Below, in pieces: positions 1 through 13,004 of a stretch of 64,000 nucleotides of DNA. Every line of letters begins with the position of its first letter. The first letter of the stretch is position 1. The position numbers and the translations under genes are program-made. The stretch covers positions 100,812,001 through 100,876,000 of the forward strand of contig NC_042998.1 of assembly GCF_006345805.1 (NCBI RefSeq), read 5' to 3'. The notes beneath the pieces are model-generated. The model ran no database searches, was not told where the DNA came from, and saw only the letters and a list, made by a program, of their open reading frames with translations. Source of the stretch: Octopus sinensis (lineage: Eukaryota).

Positions 1-133
1 ACTGATAGAATAATTACCAGACTTAAAAAAAAGTAGGTGTTGGGGTGGGGTCAATTCCTTTGACTAAAATTCTTCAAGACAGTGCTTCAGCATGGCAACA
101 TTTTAACAACTGAAACAATTACAAGATAAAAGA
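1..133 (+). mobile_element. 3' part of tRNA-derived SINE (family A, CORE-like)
   Basis: Matches the 3' half of the full copy at 55851-56300 (gatagaataa..tacc, gtgct.cagcatggc, actgaaacaa..aaaaga tail). Confidence 0.7.
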
Positions 134-177
134 TGCACACACATACACACATATGCATACACATATACATAAATACA

Positions 178-664
178 AGCAAAACGTCCCCCCCCCGTCC
201 AATGGACGGTGCTGAGTTGTCAAACATTTAAACCAAATTTTCTCAAAACAACTTGTCCGACCGTTCCATAGGCCTCCCCTTTGAGAAACACTGATTTAAC
301 CTAAATTTGAGACACCAGCAAAAGAAGAAATAAAGATAGACTTTTTTTCTATTCCAAAGAAAAACGATTTTATTCACACAAATATGCAACCGAAGAGTTT
401 CAAGTACCAGTAGGTACATTGCAACAGCTGATGTACTTGCATGTACAAATGCATGTTCCCACGGCTTTATCGATCGCATTCTCACCTGGAATCGATTTTT
501 GTAATTTTTTTCAAGACTTATACACGCGCTGATACCGTCAGTATCTACATATCAAATTTGAGTGCAATCGGATGGAGGATCCTAGAAGATCAGAGATCCT
601 AGAAGATCCGAGATCCTAGAAGACAACACACACAGACGGACAGAACGGATTTTATATAATAGAT
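178..664 (-). mobile_element. Non-autonomous Helitron-like element, copy 1
   Basis: Minus strand begins A|TCTATTATATAAAATCCGTTCTGTC, a typical Helitron 5' end; near-identical to 56369-56732; no CTAG 3' end seen. Confidence 0.6.
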
Positions 665-875
665 AATGAGTTTACTGCTCAAATTTATCACCATCGACCT
701 CTCCATCTCATAAATGTCAATGTCAAATTCATCATCATCAACCTTAATTTTGTTGTCCTAAGTCTCCATTCATTGTCATCTATCTTAATTTGGCCTTCGT
801 CAACTTCAATGTCATTACTGTAGAATGCAACCATATTTTCTTCTACATTTTAGTTTTTATGAATAAACATTGACA

Positions 876-1337
876 CAGTGCTGGATTAACCAGTAAGCAT
901 AATAAGAACGTGCTTAGGACATCAAGGGAAGAAGGGGGCATCACAGAAATGCTAAATAGTTTACGGTACAAAAGAAATCACTTTAAACTTGATAAAATAA
1001 TATTCGGGATGCCTTTATCTCTACTAAGTATAGATCAGGAGGAAACTTTTCAAATATAAATAAAGTGTAGGTATACAAAAATAAATACTATTTTCCCTCT
1101 TACTGTTTTCAGGCTGACTTTGATTACCGGAAATGATTGTGCCGGATTTAAGAGAATTAAGAAATGAGTTGGCATTATGGCAAATGTGTTTGGTTGTATA
1201 GGTTTTGTTTTGTTTTGAAAAAATAAAAAATAATTTTATGGTTTCTTATTGCTTATATTTTGAATTACGTAATCTTTTATGGGGGCACTAAAATCTTTTA
1301 AGTCCTTAGGGCCTCGATAGGTTTTAATCTGGCCCTG
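876..1337 (+). mobile_element. Non-autonomous hAT transposon, copy 1
   Basis: TIRs cagtgctggattaa / ttaatctggccctg; homologous to 25074-25498, which has a perfect 8-bp TSD. Confidence 0.75.
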
Positions 1338-1435
1338 CTGACATCACAGAATAGTAAAAGAAGGCAAACATTAAAAAGTTTTGTAAAGGATAACAAATTT
1401 TGTATAATAAAAACCAACACACCTTACATAACCAT

Positions 1436-1724
1436 CATCGTTCTTCGTTTAACGTCTGCTTTCCATGTTAGCATGGGTTGGACGATTTGACTGAGGACTG
1501 GCGAACCAGATTGCTGTACCAGGCTCCTGTCTGAGTTTCTACAGCTGGATGTCCTTCCTAACGCCAACCACTCCAAGAGTGTAGTGGGTGCTTTTATGTA
1601 CCACTGGCATGAGGGCCAGTCAGGCAGTACTGGCAACGGCCACACTCAAATGGTGTTTTTTATGTGCCACCTGCACAGGTGCTAGTCTAGCAGCACTGGC
1701 AACGATCTAACTCGAATGTTTTTT
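1436..1724 (-). mobile_element. 5'-truncated RTE LINE 3' end with 17-bp TSD
   Basis: Same 3' UTR and (gat)n tail as the RTE at 16020-17800; TSD acaccttacataaccat at 1419-1435 and 1725-1741. Confidence 0.8.
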
Positions 1725-1899
1725 ACACCTTACATAACCATAAATATACAAATATTTAGTACATTACCAGCAAAACTACATACTATATGACAAAGACAAA
1801 AATAAACACTATATGTGTTACCTTTTATTTATTATTCTCATTTCTTAACTTTCTTAACATATTCCTAAAGTTCAGTACAAGTGTCGATCCATATATGTA

Positions 1900-2315
1900 T
1901 TTCATCATTATCATTGTCATTATCATTTGATATCAGATTTCCATGCTGGTATGGATTGGATGGTTTGGTTAGAGCTGACAAGCAGGAGAGCTGCACCAGG
2001 TTCCAGTTGTGTGTTTTGATTTGGTTTCTACAGCAGGATGCCCTTCCTAATACCAACCACTTTACAGAGTGTATTGGGTGTTTTTTACATGGCACTGGCA
2101 CAGGTGTTTTTTATGTGATACTGGCACAGGTACTTTTTATGTGGCACCAACACCAACAGGGTCACTGATTAACTTGCAAGACAAAAATCCATTCAGCTGG
2201 GAGGGGAGCATTAACCAAGATGATTTAGGATATCAATTCTGCTGTGATGGGCAGGTCTTCTTGAGTACAGCAAGGTGCCACATATCTTGATCCTCTGTCA
2301 TCTCCTTTGTAAGAC
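1900..2315 (-). mobile_element. RTE LINE 3' end remnant
   Basis: tttccatgctgg..gatgcccttcctaat.ccaaccac motif shared with the other RTE tails. Confidence 0.65.
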
Positions 2316-3079
2316 ATATGTATATGTATTAATCAACACCAGGCTGATTTTGGTTACTGGAAATGATTGTGCTGGATTTAAGAGAATTAAGAAATGAGTT
2401 GGCCTTATGGCAAATGTGTTTGGTTGTATAGGTTTGTTGTATTGGTCAGTAATGACTGGTTTAGAAGAGAAAGAATGAACAGCAGCAAATAAAAGCAGAA
2501 AAAAGAAAAAAAAACATGAAGAAAAGACGAAAATAAAGAAATGTTTAACTAAACATAAGAAGAAAAAACAAAAAAAAAATAATGAAGAAATATTGGAGAG
2601 AAGTCAAAAAGTAGATGTAATTTGAAAAGGATTACTATATTTCATATTCTATAATGATAAGCATGCTGAGATTGGAAGTCACTAATTACTGTGATTAATT
2701 TCCAAAATTCTTAATAATGATTTAATCTGATTAAGTGCAATATTTTCATTTGCTATTGGTAAGGTTTGTGCAATAATGAACACTTGCCAGTAAAACCTAT
2801 GTTTTACCGCTGATGATCGTGAAGAGATGGAAGTCAAAAGATAGTTATATATGCATGTGTATAAAGCTGTGTGTCTTCCCAAATGCACACACATATATAT
2901 GTATATATATGTATACACTTTAGTTATGGTTTAAAGCTACCATTGGTTTCATGTTAATGGGAATCCCTCAACAATTATTAAGTCTTTCACATGGAACATC
3001 AGTGTCTGTTTCCCCAAAATGGAGATGAGCACCGATGTTTCATGTGATAGCACTCATTCTCATTGTTCAATATTAGTGT

Positions 3080-3450
3080 ATCATCATCATCATCATCATC
3101 ATTTTAATGTCCGTTGTCCATGCTGATATGGGTTGGATGGTTTGACCAAGGCTGATAAGCTGAGAGGCTGTGCCAGACTCCAGTCTGATTTGGCATAGTT
3201 TCTATGGCTGGATGCCCTTCCTAATGCCAACGACTCTGAGAGTGTAATGGGTGCTTTTGAGTGCCACCAGCATGGTGCCATTTGTATGACACCAGTATCT
3301 ACCATGGCTACATTTTCACTTGGTTTGATGGGCCTTCTTCTCAAGCACGGCTTATTGCCAAAGCTCTTAGTTATTTGTTATTGCATCCATGAGGCCCAAT
3401 GCTTGGAAGGTGCCACCAATACAGGAGCTACTTATGTGACACCTGCATCA
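3080..3450 (-). mobile_element. RTE LINE 3' end remnant
   Basis: (cat)n tail plus tccatgctg..ggatgcccttcctaatgccaac motif. Confidence 0.7.
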
Positions 3451-4429
3451 GCTACATATATTTTGCCAGCTACTGTCAAGCTGTCCAACCCATGCCAGCA
3501 TGGATAACAGATATCAAAGGATAATGATGATGGTAAAGATGCCGGTTATGGCCAGTCAAAAAGTTACCATTGGTTTCACATCTGTTATTGCTCTCAGCGA
3601 TATAGGTGAGTTGTCCAACCTGCTGGCTGGAGGCACCATGTCAAGTGACCAATTATATATATATGATAAGGTGCAGACATGGGTATATGTTTAAGAAGTT
3701 TACTTTTCAAGTAAATTGGTACATGGGAACTGTAGAAAGCCCATTGTGTATGTGTTTATCACTGCAGGTCATATGATGCTTAAATTCTTTGTTGACATTA
3801 TGACTAATTTCTCTGAAATTTCTTTGGAAAACCTGTAGAATAAAAAATCCTATACTTGAAAAATGGGTAAGTGTTGGAGATAGGAAGAACACCAAGCCAT
3901 AAAATCCTGTCTCAAATAAGTCACCATCCAGCCCAAGCTAACAGGAAAAATGTTCAACACAAGCTAGCAGAGAAAAACAAACATAAAAGGAATGAAGAAA
4001 TGAAGAAAATATATGAAGGAGCATGACCTACTGGTTAGGGTGCTAGGCTCATGATCAGTGCTCAGTTCCTGGGATAATGATTTATCCTTTATTACATGTT
4101 TCATGAGTCTACTCAGCTGAAATAAGTACAAGCCTACAGAAAGTTGTAGAAAATCTGCCTCAACAAATTCCATGAAAGCATAGAAAAGGGATGTTAAAGT
4201 GATGATGATGATGATTCATGTGTGTATGTATGTCTCAGGCTTCCATACAATTTACTCACAACAAGGAATTGGTTACAGCAGTAGACACTTGTCTAAGGTG
4301 TCATGCAGTGAGATGTAATTTGAAACCATATGTACACAACCATGCTTCTGTATGAGTGTGTACGTGTGTGTGTGATGCATGTGTATCTGTATAAGGCATT
4401 AGTACTGGTAAATGTCTTACAATATATAC

Positions 4430-4752
4430 ATCCCAATGTGACACCTTGGGCAAGTGTCTTCTACTATAGTATTGGGCCAACCAAAGCCTTGTGAATGGAT
4501 TTGATAAATGAAAACTGAAAAAAGTTTGTTGTATACACGTATACATATATCTATGTGTGTGTGTATTTGTGTTTGTGTTTGACCCCCACCACTGTTTGAC
4601 AGCCAGTCCCCATAACCTTGCAGTTCAGCAAAAAAGACCAATAGAATAAGTACCAGGCTTTAAGAATAAGTACTGGGGTTGATACACTCGACTAAAAACT
4701 CAAGGTAGTACCCCAGCATGGTTACAGTGCAATGACTGAAACAAATAAAATA
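4430..4752 (+). mobile_element. SINE family A, 5'-truncated
   Basis: caccttgggcaagtgtcttctactatag core and atgactgaaacaa tail, as in 55851-56300. Confidence 0.7.
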
Positions 4753-5954
4753 TATATACTTATATATATTTCTCACAGCTGTGCTGTGAAAAATCAAAGA
4801 AGTGGTTACAGATATACATTTGTTTTTCTCAGCTGTGCTGTGAAAAATTAACGAAGTGGCTAAACTGTTGGCTTTATTTTTCTGCTGGTAGCTTAAATGG
4901 ATTTGGCTGGACCAGTTTCTAGTCATGTTAAACCTTCACTAGAAAAAGAACTACCATCTGTCCAAGAGAGTTAGGAGTGTATAGCCATTTATATTGTAGA
5001 CAAAGAAGGACAGCTAAGGTGGTCAGTCTAATTTGTGCAATAGTCCATAATCTGTAATGGCTCATTTCATTCACTCCTAGTATTACAATAGTACATAATA
5101 CTGTATTATTGTATTATTTCAAATGTAAGTTATACCTTCTTCTTACATTAGCAATGAAGTGTCAGCTAGTAACTGAACCCACAGATACTGGGTGACACCC
5201 TAATATATAACCATTATGTAACAAATTTTCAGACACACCCTGTAAATGCATTCATACCAGTCCCATAATATCTCTGCTGTGTTAGGCCAAGTATCCTATC
5301 TGGCAGCTTAACAGATTATTTACTGATTCTAGTTGTTGTTGTTGGTGTTTAGGCCCAGGTCAGTCCTGATCCAGAAAACCAATGGTCAAAAGTATTCCAG
5401 TAACTACATTATCCTATGAGTCCTTCCTATTTGTGAGACTGTACAGTGTGATTCCAGCAAAATTTGGCAGCTATTTCTAGCAGGCTGAGCAACCACAAAA
5501 ACATCCCTCTCATAGGCTGATTCTAGTTGTAGCTTAGGGTACAGTTTGTACTGTTACTTACATGCATTCTCGCCACAAATACATATTTTTGTTACACTAT
5601 GTTAAGTACAAGGTGCATGTATGGCCTATACTGTAATGTAATATTATGAACTTCTTTCATGTATACTATGCATAAGACCATCTCCTCCATTGCCTATTTG
5701 ATAGCAGTTGTGACTTCCATTGCCAATAACTAATAGATCAAACTTGGACGCCAAAATTTCTAGATTTTCTTAAATGAGTTTCAAATTTCTCCCTGAATTG
5801 TTCCATTGCTTCTACTGTTATCAACATAGAGAAAGTCTCTAGGGTGTCTGCACTCATAATTAAACAGCAAGAGATTTCAGGAGTAGTAATTTAAAAACAG
5901 TAGGCTCAGTATGAGATTGTTTGCTAAGACCTCATTGAATCCAAAATCATTGTG

Positions 5955-6284
5955 CGCATATATGTATGTGTGTTTGTATGCATGTAAATATATATATATA
6001 TATATTTTTTTTTTGTATATATATGTATGTATGGGTACACACACATTTACATTTGAGTTCTCTTTATCCCATTTGTAAAACAAATATGCTCTTCCTTCTT
6101 TTCTCTATTTATGCATACATGTGTATATATATGTATATATGCATGTGTGCATTTGCATATACATATATATTATATATATGTATGTGTGTGTGTGTGTGTA
6201 TATATATATGTATGCATATATATATATAAATAAATACACATATATATGTGTATACATATATATATACATATATATGTATGTATA

Positions 6285-6322
<38 letters not shown>

Positions 6323-6399
6323 TATACTTATGTATGTGTGTATATATATATGTATATATACATATATATATACATATATATATATGTATATATAATATA

Positions 6400-6443
<44 letters not shown>

Positions 6444-6454
6444 ATTATATATAC

Positions 6455-6501
<47 letters not shown>

Positions 6502-6537
6502 CATGTATATGTGTGTATTTATATATGTATATGTATT

Positions 6538-6598
<61 letters not shown>

Positions 6599-6916
6599 AC
6601 ATGTATATGTATGTATTTATATATGTATATGTATATATATTATATATATATATATATATATACATATACATACTTCCATATAAATATATATACACACACA
6701 CACATACATGTATGTATGTATTGAATTTCTAAATTACAGTTATTTGCTTGTATCTTTAAACACTTTGATGCATATTCCATGAAAGGTTCATTTATATATA
6801 TGTATATAAATATATATAAATGATAAGGTTGGCTTGTTAGGAATTTTTCCATTGAAAGGTAAAGCTTTAGCTTCGTTACTGTGGCAACAGTCCGGATACT
6901 TATTGATCAGACCTTG

Positions 6917-7001
<85 letters not shown>

Positions 7002-7059
7002 TGCTATGAGTTATCATCATCATCATTTAGCGTCCGCTTTCCATGCTAGCATGGGTTGG

Positions 7060-7090
<31 letters not shown>

Positions 7091-7160
7091 GTATGTATGT
7101 ATATGTATATGTACATATATATATATATATGTGTGTGTGTATGTGTGTGTGTGTCTATGT
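5955..7160. repeat. Large compound (TA)n/(TG)n/(TATG)n microsatellite tract
   Basis: Directly visible; source of the YIYI/MCVC pseudo-ORFs. Confidence 0.95.
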
Positions 7161-7559
7161 GTACATAAATGAACTTTTGATGGAATATGCATCAAAATGT
7201 TAAAGATACAAGCAAGGTTCCCTCACTTTCAATGTGTGAACACATGAAAACCAGTGAAATAACAATACCTTACTTGAAAAACAGGCAAGGGTTGATAACA
7301 GAATTCTATTCCATAGAATACTGCCTTAATAAGTCTCTTATAGCTCATGCCAGCATGAAAAAAATGAAAATAAAAACAATAATGAGGATGATGGTGATGA
7401 TGATGATGGTGATTGCTTATATGGTGAAATCGTTAAATATTTTAGCCATTATTTTTATTCATGAGTGCATGCATAAACTGTTTTGTTTTCTATCATTGTA
7501 GAGTTTCCTTGGTTGAAAGATTTCCCTGAGCTGGTGCAGTAAAGTCTATGATAGACTGA

Positions 7560-8340
7560 AAGAAAATGAAAACTTGAATTGTATCAGATATACTGAAACA
7601 GTTAGCAACACAATCAGCAGACAATTGAAGGGTGCTGAAATGGTGACACTTGAGAAGCAGTAGATAAGTTCTGCAAGCTAAGGGATATATATACAATACT
7701 TGAAGTGGGAGATAGTGAAAGTATAGTGGTTAGAATGTGAAAAGGGTTGAGAAAACTGACAGCTCTGTTGGAAATAAAGACTTTCACTTTTAGTATAAAA
7801 GGTTGTCTTAAAAGAATGTGGAGGCTAAGGTGTGAAGAGTGTTGACAAGGTTGAAAAAACTGGTATATATGTTGGATATAAAAGCTCTCTCTTTCAGTAC
7901 AAAAGGCTGTCTCTAATGAGACATATAAAAGAAGAAAGTAAGGTTGCTAGGGTATGAACAGGGTAGAAGGAAACAAGCTGAAAGAGCTGAGAGCTCTAAT
8001 GATATAAAGACTTTGTTTTTCTGTACAAAAGGTTTGCCTCTTACGAGCACATATAATGCTAAATTTTAATTAAATGAAATTCATGTCTGCAAATAATCTG
8101 CAACGACTAGAGATAGAATGTGCTGAGAATGCTATTTTTGGATAAGGAATATCAATTTACAGGAGAAGCTAGGGACAAATGGTTAAAGGATGTGGTTAGG
8201 CACAAAAAGTTTTAACTAATGTTTAATGACAACTGCAAACAAATGACAAGTTCAGGAAATGAAAAAAAAATAAAACCGCATTATGAAGTGACTGTGTAAT
8301 GCACATGCATTGGAGGAGGTGATCTTGTGTCAGATGAAAA
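7560..8340 (+). mobile_element. Highly decayed RTE LINE C-terminal fragment with internal triplication
   Basis: Decayed equivalent of LEVVDSF..GGG..ESIAVRIR..KFRKLLPLLITKGLSLRLKARL seen in the 16.9-17.2 kb RTE. Confidence 0.5.
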
Positions 8341-8347
8341 AGGTTAT

Positions 8348-8350
<3 letters not shown>

Positions 8351-8430
<80 letters not shown>
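8351..8430. repeat. (GA)n microsatellite
   Basis: Directly visible. Confidence 0.95.
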
Positions 8431-8433
<3 letters not shown>

Positions 8434-9329
8434 GGGTGTCTTGCTTGTGAGAAGGTACAAGGTTAGACTCTTAAATAGATTTGGAATGATGTAAGTCAAG
8501 TTATGTTTGAAAATATTTGACTCAGTAGCTAGACAGTATTGAAATGAAAAATGAGACAGTGTTTTAATGTAAAGAAAGTTGCTATATTGGATAGTGTTAA
8601 ATGGTAGAAAACAATTTTAATTTTCATAATACATATTTCTTTGACGTCTATGGCAGAAATGTTGCTGAGGTAAATTCTTGACAAATCAAGTCTACAACTA
8701 ATCCACCTAATCTAGCTTTGATTTCTTGTTAGAATAGTTCAAATGCATCAACTGTATTTAACATAATAATTTCTGGATGTGCTTTTCTTAGCATATGTAT
8801 TGAAACTGAACCAACTACATCAAAAAAGAATCATTTTAGCCATTTATGAACACCCCTCCACCATACACACAGAGTTATATTCATGTTCATTTATTTCTTA
8901 GTAACACTATTTATTAAATAATTTAATATGTATTAATTATGTTTCATTTTTGTATATGGTTTGCAGAATTATTGATGTGAATTCTTGTGTTGAATCTAAT
9001 GTGTTTTGGGAGGGTCATTACATCAATAATAATTAAAATAAACACATACACTGGTTTAATACTACTTCTTTATTTTATCAACAAACAATCCAATTGTTTG
9101 TTTAATGTATCGACTGAGCAATCAATTGATTGTTAGTTTTCTCTGGCAGAGTCTGTTTATCACCATTCATGACCTCACTAATGACATGCCCTCACTGACA
9201 AAACTCCACTGCATCTGTGAAGTGGAATAATGTCAAAGTTAAGGCCACAGATGTGCAATGAAACTTTTTGAAACTTCTTAATAGACACTCTTTCCAGATT
9301 CTACTGCATTTCATACGGACTTTTTGGTC

Positions 9330-9560
9330 CTTTAACTGTTTTGTTACTAACCTGGCCAAAACCGGCTCTGGCTCTGTGGTAAAATGTCTTGTTTTCATAA
9401 GTTTTGAATTAAAATATTCTACCAAGCCTTAGTCATAATTTATGTTCCTAACACTAGCTTAATGATAACTAAGTTATTTTACTAAATTCTTTGTTATATT
9501 TAAAATAATTGAAAGAAACACAGAGCATCTCAAAATAAATACAGTGATGAAAGGGTTAAA
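9330..9560. mobile_element. TTAA-bounded MITE (piggyBac-like); related copies near 11425-11635, 18718-18972, 26790-26960 and 59660-59865
   Basis: ttaac..../aaagggttaa ends and a shared internal sequence (taattgaaa, aagttatttt) across copies. Confidence 0.45.
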
Positions 9561-9734
9561 GTCATCTTAGTATATAAGTTGACCCACCTTTTTTGCCTGT
9601 AAATTTTGATCTGAAAAATTTGACTTGTTTGCCAGTAAATATGATACCTTCTGATATGGAATTATGCTTCTTTACTCCAAGGTGGACTTAGCCATTCAGC
9701 ATATTAGAAATTGATGAAATTAAGTACCTGGCAC

Positions 9735-10027
9735 CACTCCCATGATTTTCGGAAACATTTTTTCACGTTAAGAGTTGCTGAAGCATGGAACAAACTGCCG
9801 GTATCAGTTGTTAGTTGTCGGAGCACTGTATCCTTCAAAACTTCCATGCTTCCTGAGATTCGTCAACACTACACCTGATTTTCTCCCCTCCATACACATG
9901 CAAGCATGTATCTGACTCATACACTGTTCACTTTCCAGACATTTGTACATTACTGCATATGACAAATTGTGGTGCACCTGAGCACTGTATACAGTAATTT
10001 CATTATTATTATTATTATTATTATTAT
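9735..10027 (+). mobile_element. CR1-type LINE 3' end
   Basis: Translates RKHFFTLRVAEAWNKLPVSVVSCRSTVSFKTS (CR1 ORF2 C-terminal FF..RV...WN.LP motif), then a UTR and an (att)n tail. Confidence 0.75.
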
Positions 10028-10411
10028 TTTATAATAATAAAATTCAGGAGTCTGTATAATAAAATAAAACTATTGAAGCACTGCTTCAGTGAAGCCAGTC
10101 ACAGAAGACAAACTAATAAAATAATAAAGGAAGAAACCTCACTGCCATAATTGTGTAAGATATTATAGAAAGGTGTCAATCTGCAGCATTTTTTTGCATT
10201 TATTGTGTAAATATTCTTGAGAAAATGCAAAATGCCAGCTAATTAATTAATATTTTCTGCCTCATTCCTTATTCCTACAAGGTAAAGCCTTATGATACCA
10301 AACATTTCCTTGTTACTGTCAGCTATCAAAAATGAAAGTAGTGATTTGCCCATTAAAACCAGTGACACTTGTTCACAAGCTGCAATATATATATATATAT
10401 ATATATATATA

Positions 10412-10702
10412 TTGATAAAACGGTAAGATAACAAAAGAAAGAAAGAGACCTCAATATTATGTAAATAGAGGAAATTTATCTATACAATATGTTACATTAC
10501 TCGGTAGTCAAGATAAAACTCTGAGTTTCAGATGCCGAAGTGGAAATCCACAACACCATCTCTTCGGTTATTTGAAAACGTTATGAAAAAATTTTTTCAT
10601 AACGTTTTCAAATAGCCAGATAACCGAAGAGATGGTGTTGTGGATTTCCACTTCGGCATCTGAAACTCAGAGTTTTATCTTGACTACCGAGTAATGTAAC
10701 AT

Positions 10703-10710
<8 letters not shown>
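10412..10710. mobile_element. Penelope-like fold-back remnant inside a (TA)n tract
   Basis: Essentially perfect inverted repeat 10481-10571 / 10620-10710 with a central palindrome; contains a hammerhead-like motif; flanked by (TA)n. Confidence 0.65.
10618..10680 (+). ncRNA. Minimal type-I hammerhead ribozyme-like motif (variant core CCGAAGA)
   Basis: agataa-CCGAAGA-gatg..gtgga tt tccac..catc-t-GAA-Actc a gagT-T-ttatct; stems I, II and III all pair. Confidence 0.5.
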
Positions 10711-10764
<54 letters not shown>

Positions 10765-13004
10765 AAGATCAGTAGACTTCATTGTTCTTAGATGAAGGAT
10801 TCTATCGTTCTATCAACTGACAAGACAGGGCTTCATTGAATAAAGTATCGTTGGTTGGTAAACAGGAAAACACACTTTTGCTAGACTTAGAATATAGGAA
10901 ATGATAGTTTCAGTGCTGGCTAGCTGTAGCCTTAAATACAGATGTTGTTGTTCTAGTTGTCATTGGTGGCGGTGGTAGTGGTGGTCGTAGTAGTAGTAGT
11001 AGTAGTAGTAGTAGTAACAGCAGTAATACAGTAGTTGTATGTTCTTTAGATCCAGGTCAACTGAGTAGAACTATGGTCAAAAGAATATCAACCGTGACCA
11101 TCCAAACATTTTAGGAGTATTCAAGATTACATTATTCAGTGTGTTCTTTCCTTTCCCCCAAGGCAGTGGAGTATAGTGTATGTCAATGTGGATATTATTT
11201 CAAGCAAGTCAAGCAAGCATGTGGAGCTACTTCTGCTGGCTCATAATAGTAATATTGATAATGTCAAGTACAGCAACAGAAATGGATTTAATGCTATTAG
11301 TCATGGTAGGAGGTAGTACTTTGGAACAGAATGTTGTTGTTTAACCCCTTGCTCTGATTGATTAGAGTAGCTCTATGGTCTAAAGCAACTCTAAGTATGA
11401 CCATCACATCTGTTTTTATGTAACCTCTTAACATTCAGATTAATGTCAAGTGTAATGTTTATTTATTCACAGCTTTGTATTAATCATGGCTTATCTCATA
11501 ACATTGAAACTTCAATGATGTAGTAGTATATTTTCAGAATGATATTGCAGAGCATTTGCAGATAAGCTGGTTTGACTAGAAAGCAGGTAGAATATTTGGG
11601 CTGGATGTGGCCGGTTTAAATGTTAAAGGGTTAACCCCCTTGTTTGATTGATTAGAGTAGATCTATAATCAAAAGCAATTTTAACTTTGATCATCACATC
11701 TGTTTTTATGTATACCCTTTACCACATAACCCTTTAACATTCAGATTAGTGCTAAGTATAATTCTTATTTATTCACTGCTTTGAATTAATCATGGTTTAT
11801 TGCATAGTGTTGAGACTTCAATTTGAATTAATCATGGATTATCACATAGTGTTGAGACTTCAATGATGTAATTTGTATATTTGTGAGAGTCTAGATCTGA
11901 CTGGTTTGAATGTAAAACAGGTAGAATATTTGGGCCAATTATGGCCAGTTTATTATTTTTAGCAAGTTGAATGACCAAAACACTGGTGTTGTTGTTGTTG
12001 TTTAGCTTCAGGTTCACCTTGATCTTTCAAACCCATGAGCAAAGTCATACCAGCTGTAGCCATCCCATTTTTTATTTTGCACAGGAAACCCAAGACTTTA
12101 TTATTCAACATACACTGTTTTTTTTTCTTTTTTTTCTCTATAAAAATAGGAAAGTTTGATTTGAACGAAATTCAGTAGCTATTTCTAGTATTTCTAACAA
12201 CCTTGTATAGACTACCTTGCTGGCTTGCAATGGTGATGGTAACAGTAGATAGTGGTGTGAAAATATTGTTGGTGCCATGGAGTTTTAATCTTTTTTCAAT
12301 TCAAAGAAAACGGCCAGTAGACATAGCACTTTCTAGTTTGGCAAGAGTAATACATCTGAAGTTCAGTGTTGAAAGAGAGAGTGGAATGTGAGGATTGTAG
12401 CTATATGAACTGACAGAGGGGATAGTTTATTACAATGTTGTTGGTGTTGTTTAGCCCTAGGTCAACCTTAATAGAGCAGGCCTATGATCAAAAACATTGT
12501 CGTCATAACCGTCCCATTTTTTTGTATATCAGGGACCACATTATCCAACGTAGCCCTTCTTTTTTAAGATGTTGCTGATTGATTGTTTGCTATTTCTAGC
12601 AGCTTGAGTGATTGTGTAGAAGTTGCTCTTGGTGGCTTGATTTAGTACAATATATATTGTATGGTTGAAATATAGTGTGGTTCACAAGAAGAGGAAAAGT
12701 GGGTGGTTGTGAGACTGTTGAGTGAGCGGGACACAGTTTCCTATTTGAGGAGAATTAAGACAATTGTAGTAATACTAGGAGAAAGAAAAAGAGAGAGAGA
12801 GACCAGGAGAGGAAGGACTAAAATGTATGTATGTATGTGTCTGTGTATAAATGGTTTTATGTGGCAATACATGAACAATACCATGGAGTGGTCCATAGCT
12901 GTCCTCTTATCTCCAGACAAGCTTGTCCTTTTCCTTAGTGACATGTTTCTTTTGAAAATTCTCGAGTCTTGAAATTATCTCCCTTCCTCATATAACATTG
13001 ATCT

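Noticed and set aside
5966-6732. Long ORFs such as 6121-6732 (203 aa) and similar [16 protein letters not shown] ORFs elsewhere
   Set aside because: Translations of microsatellites, not genes.
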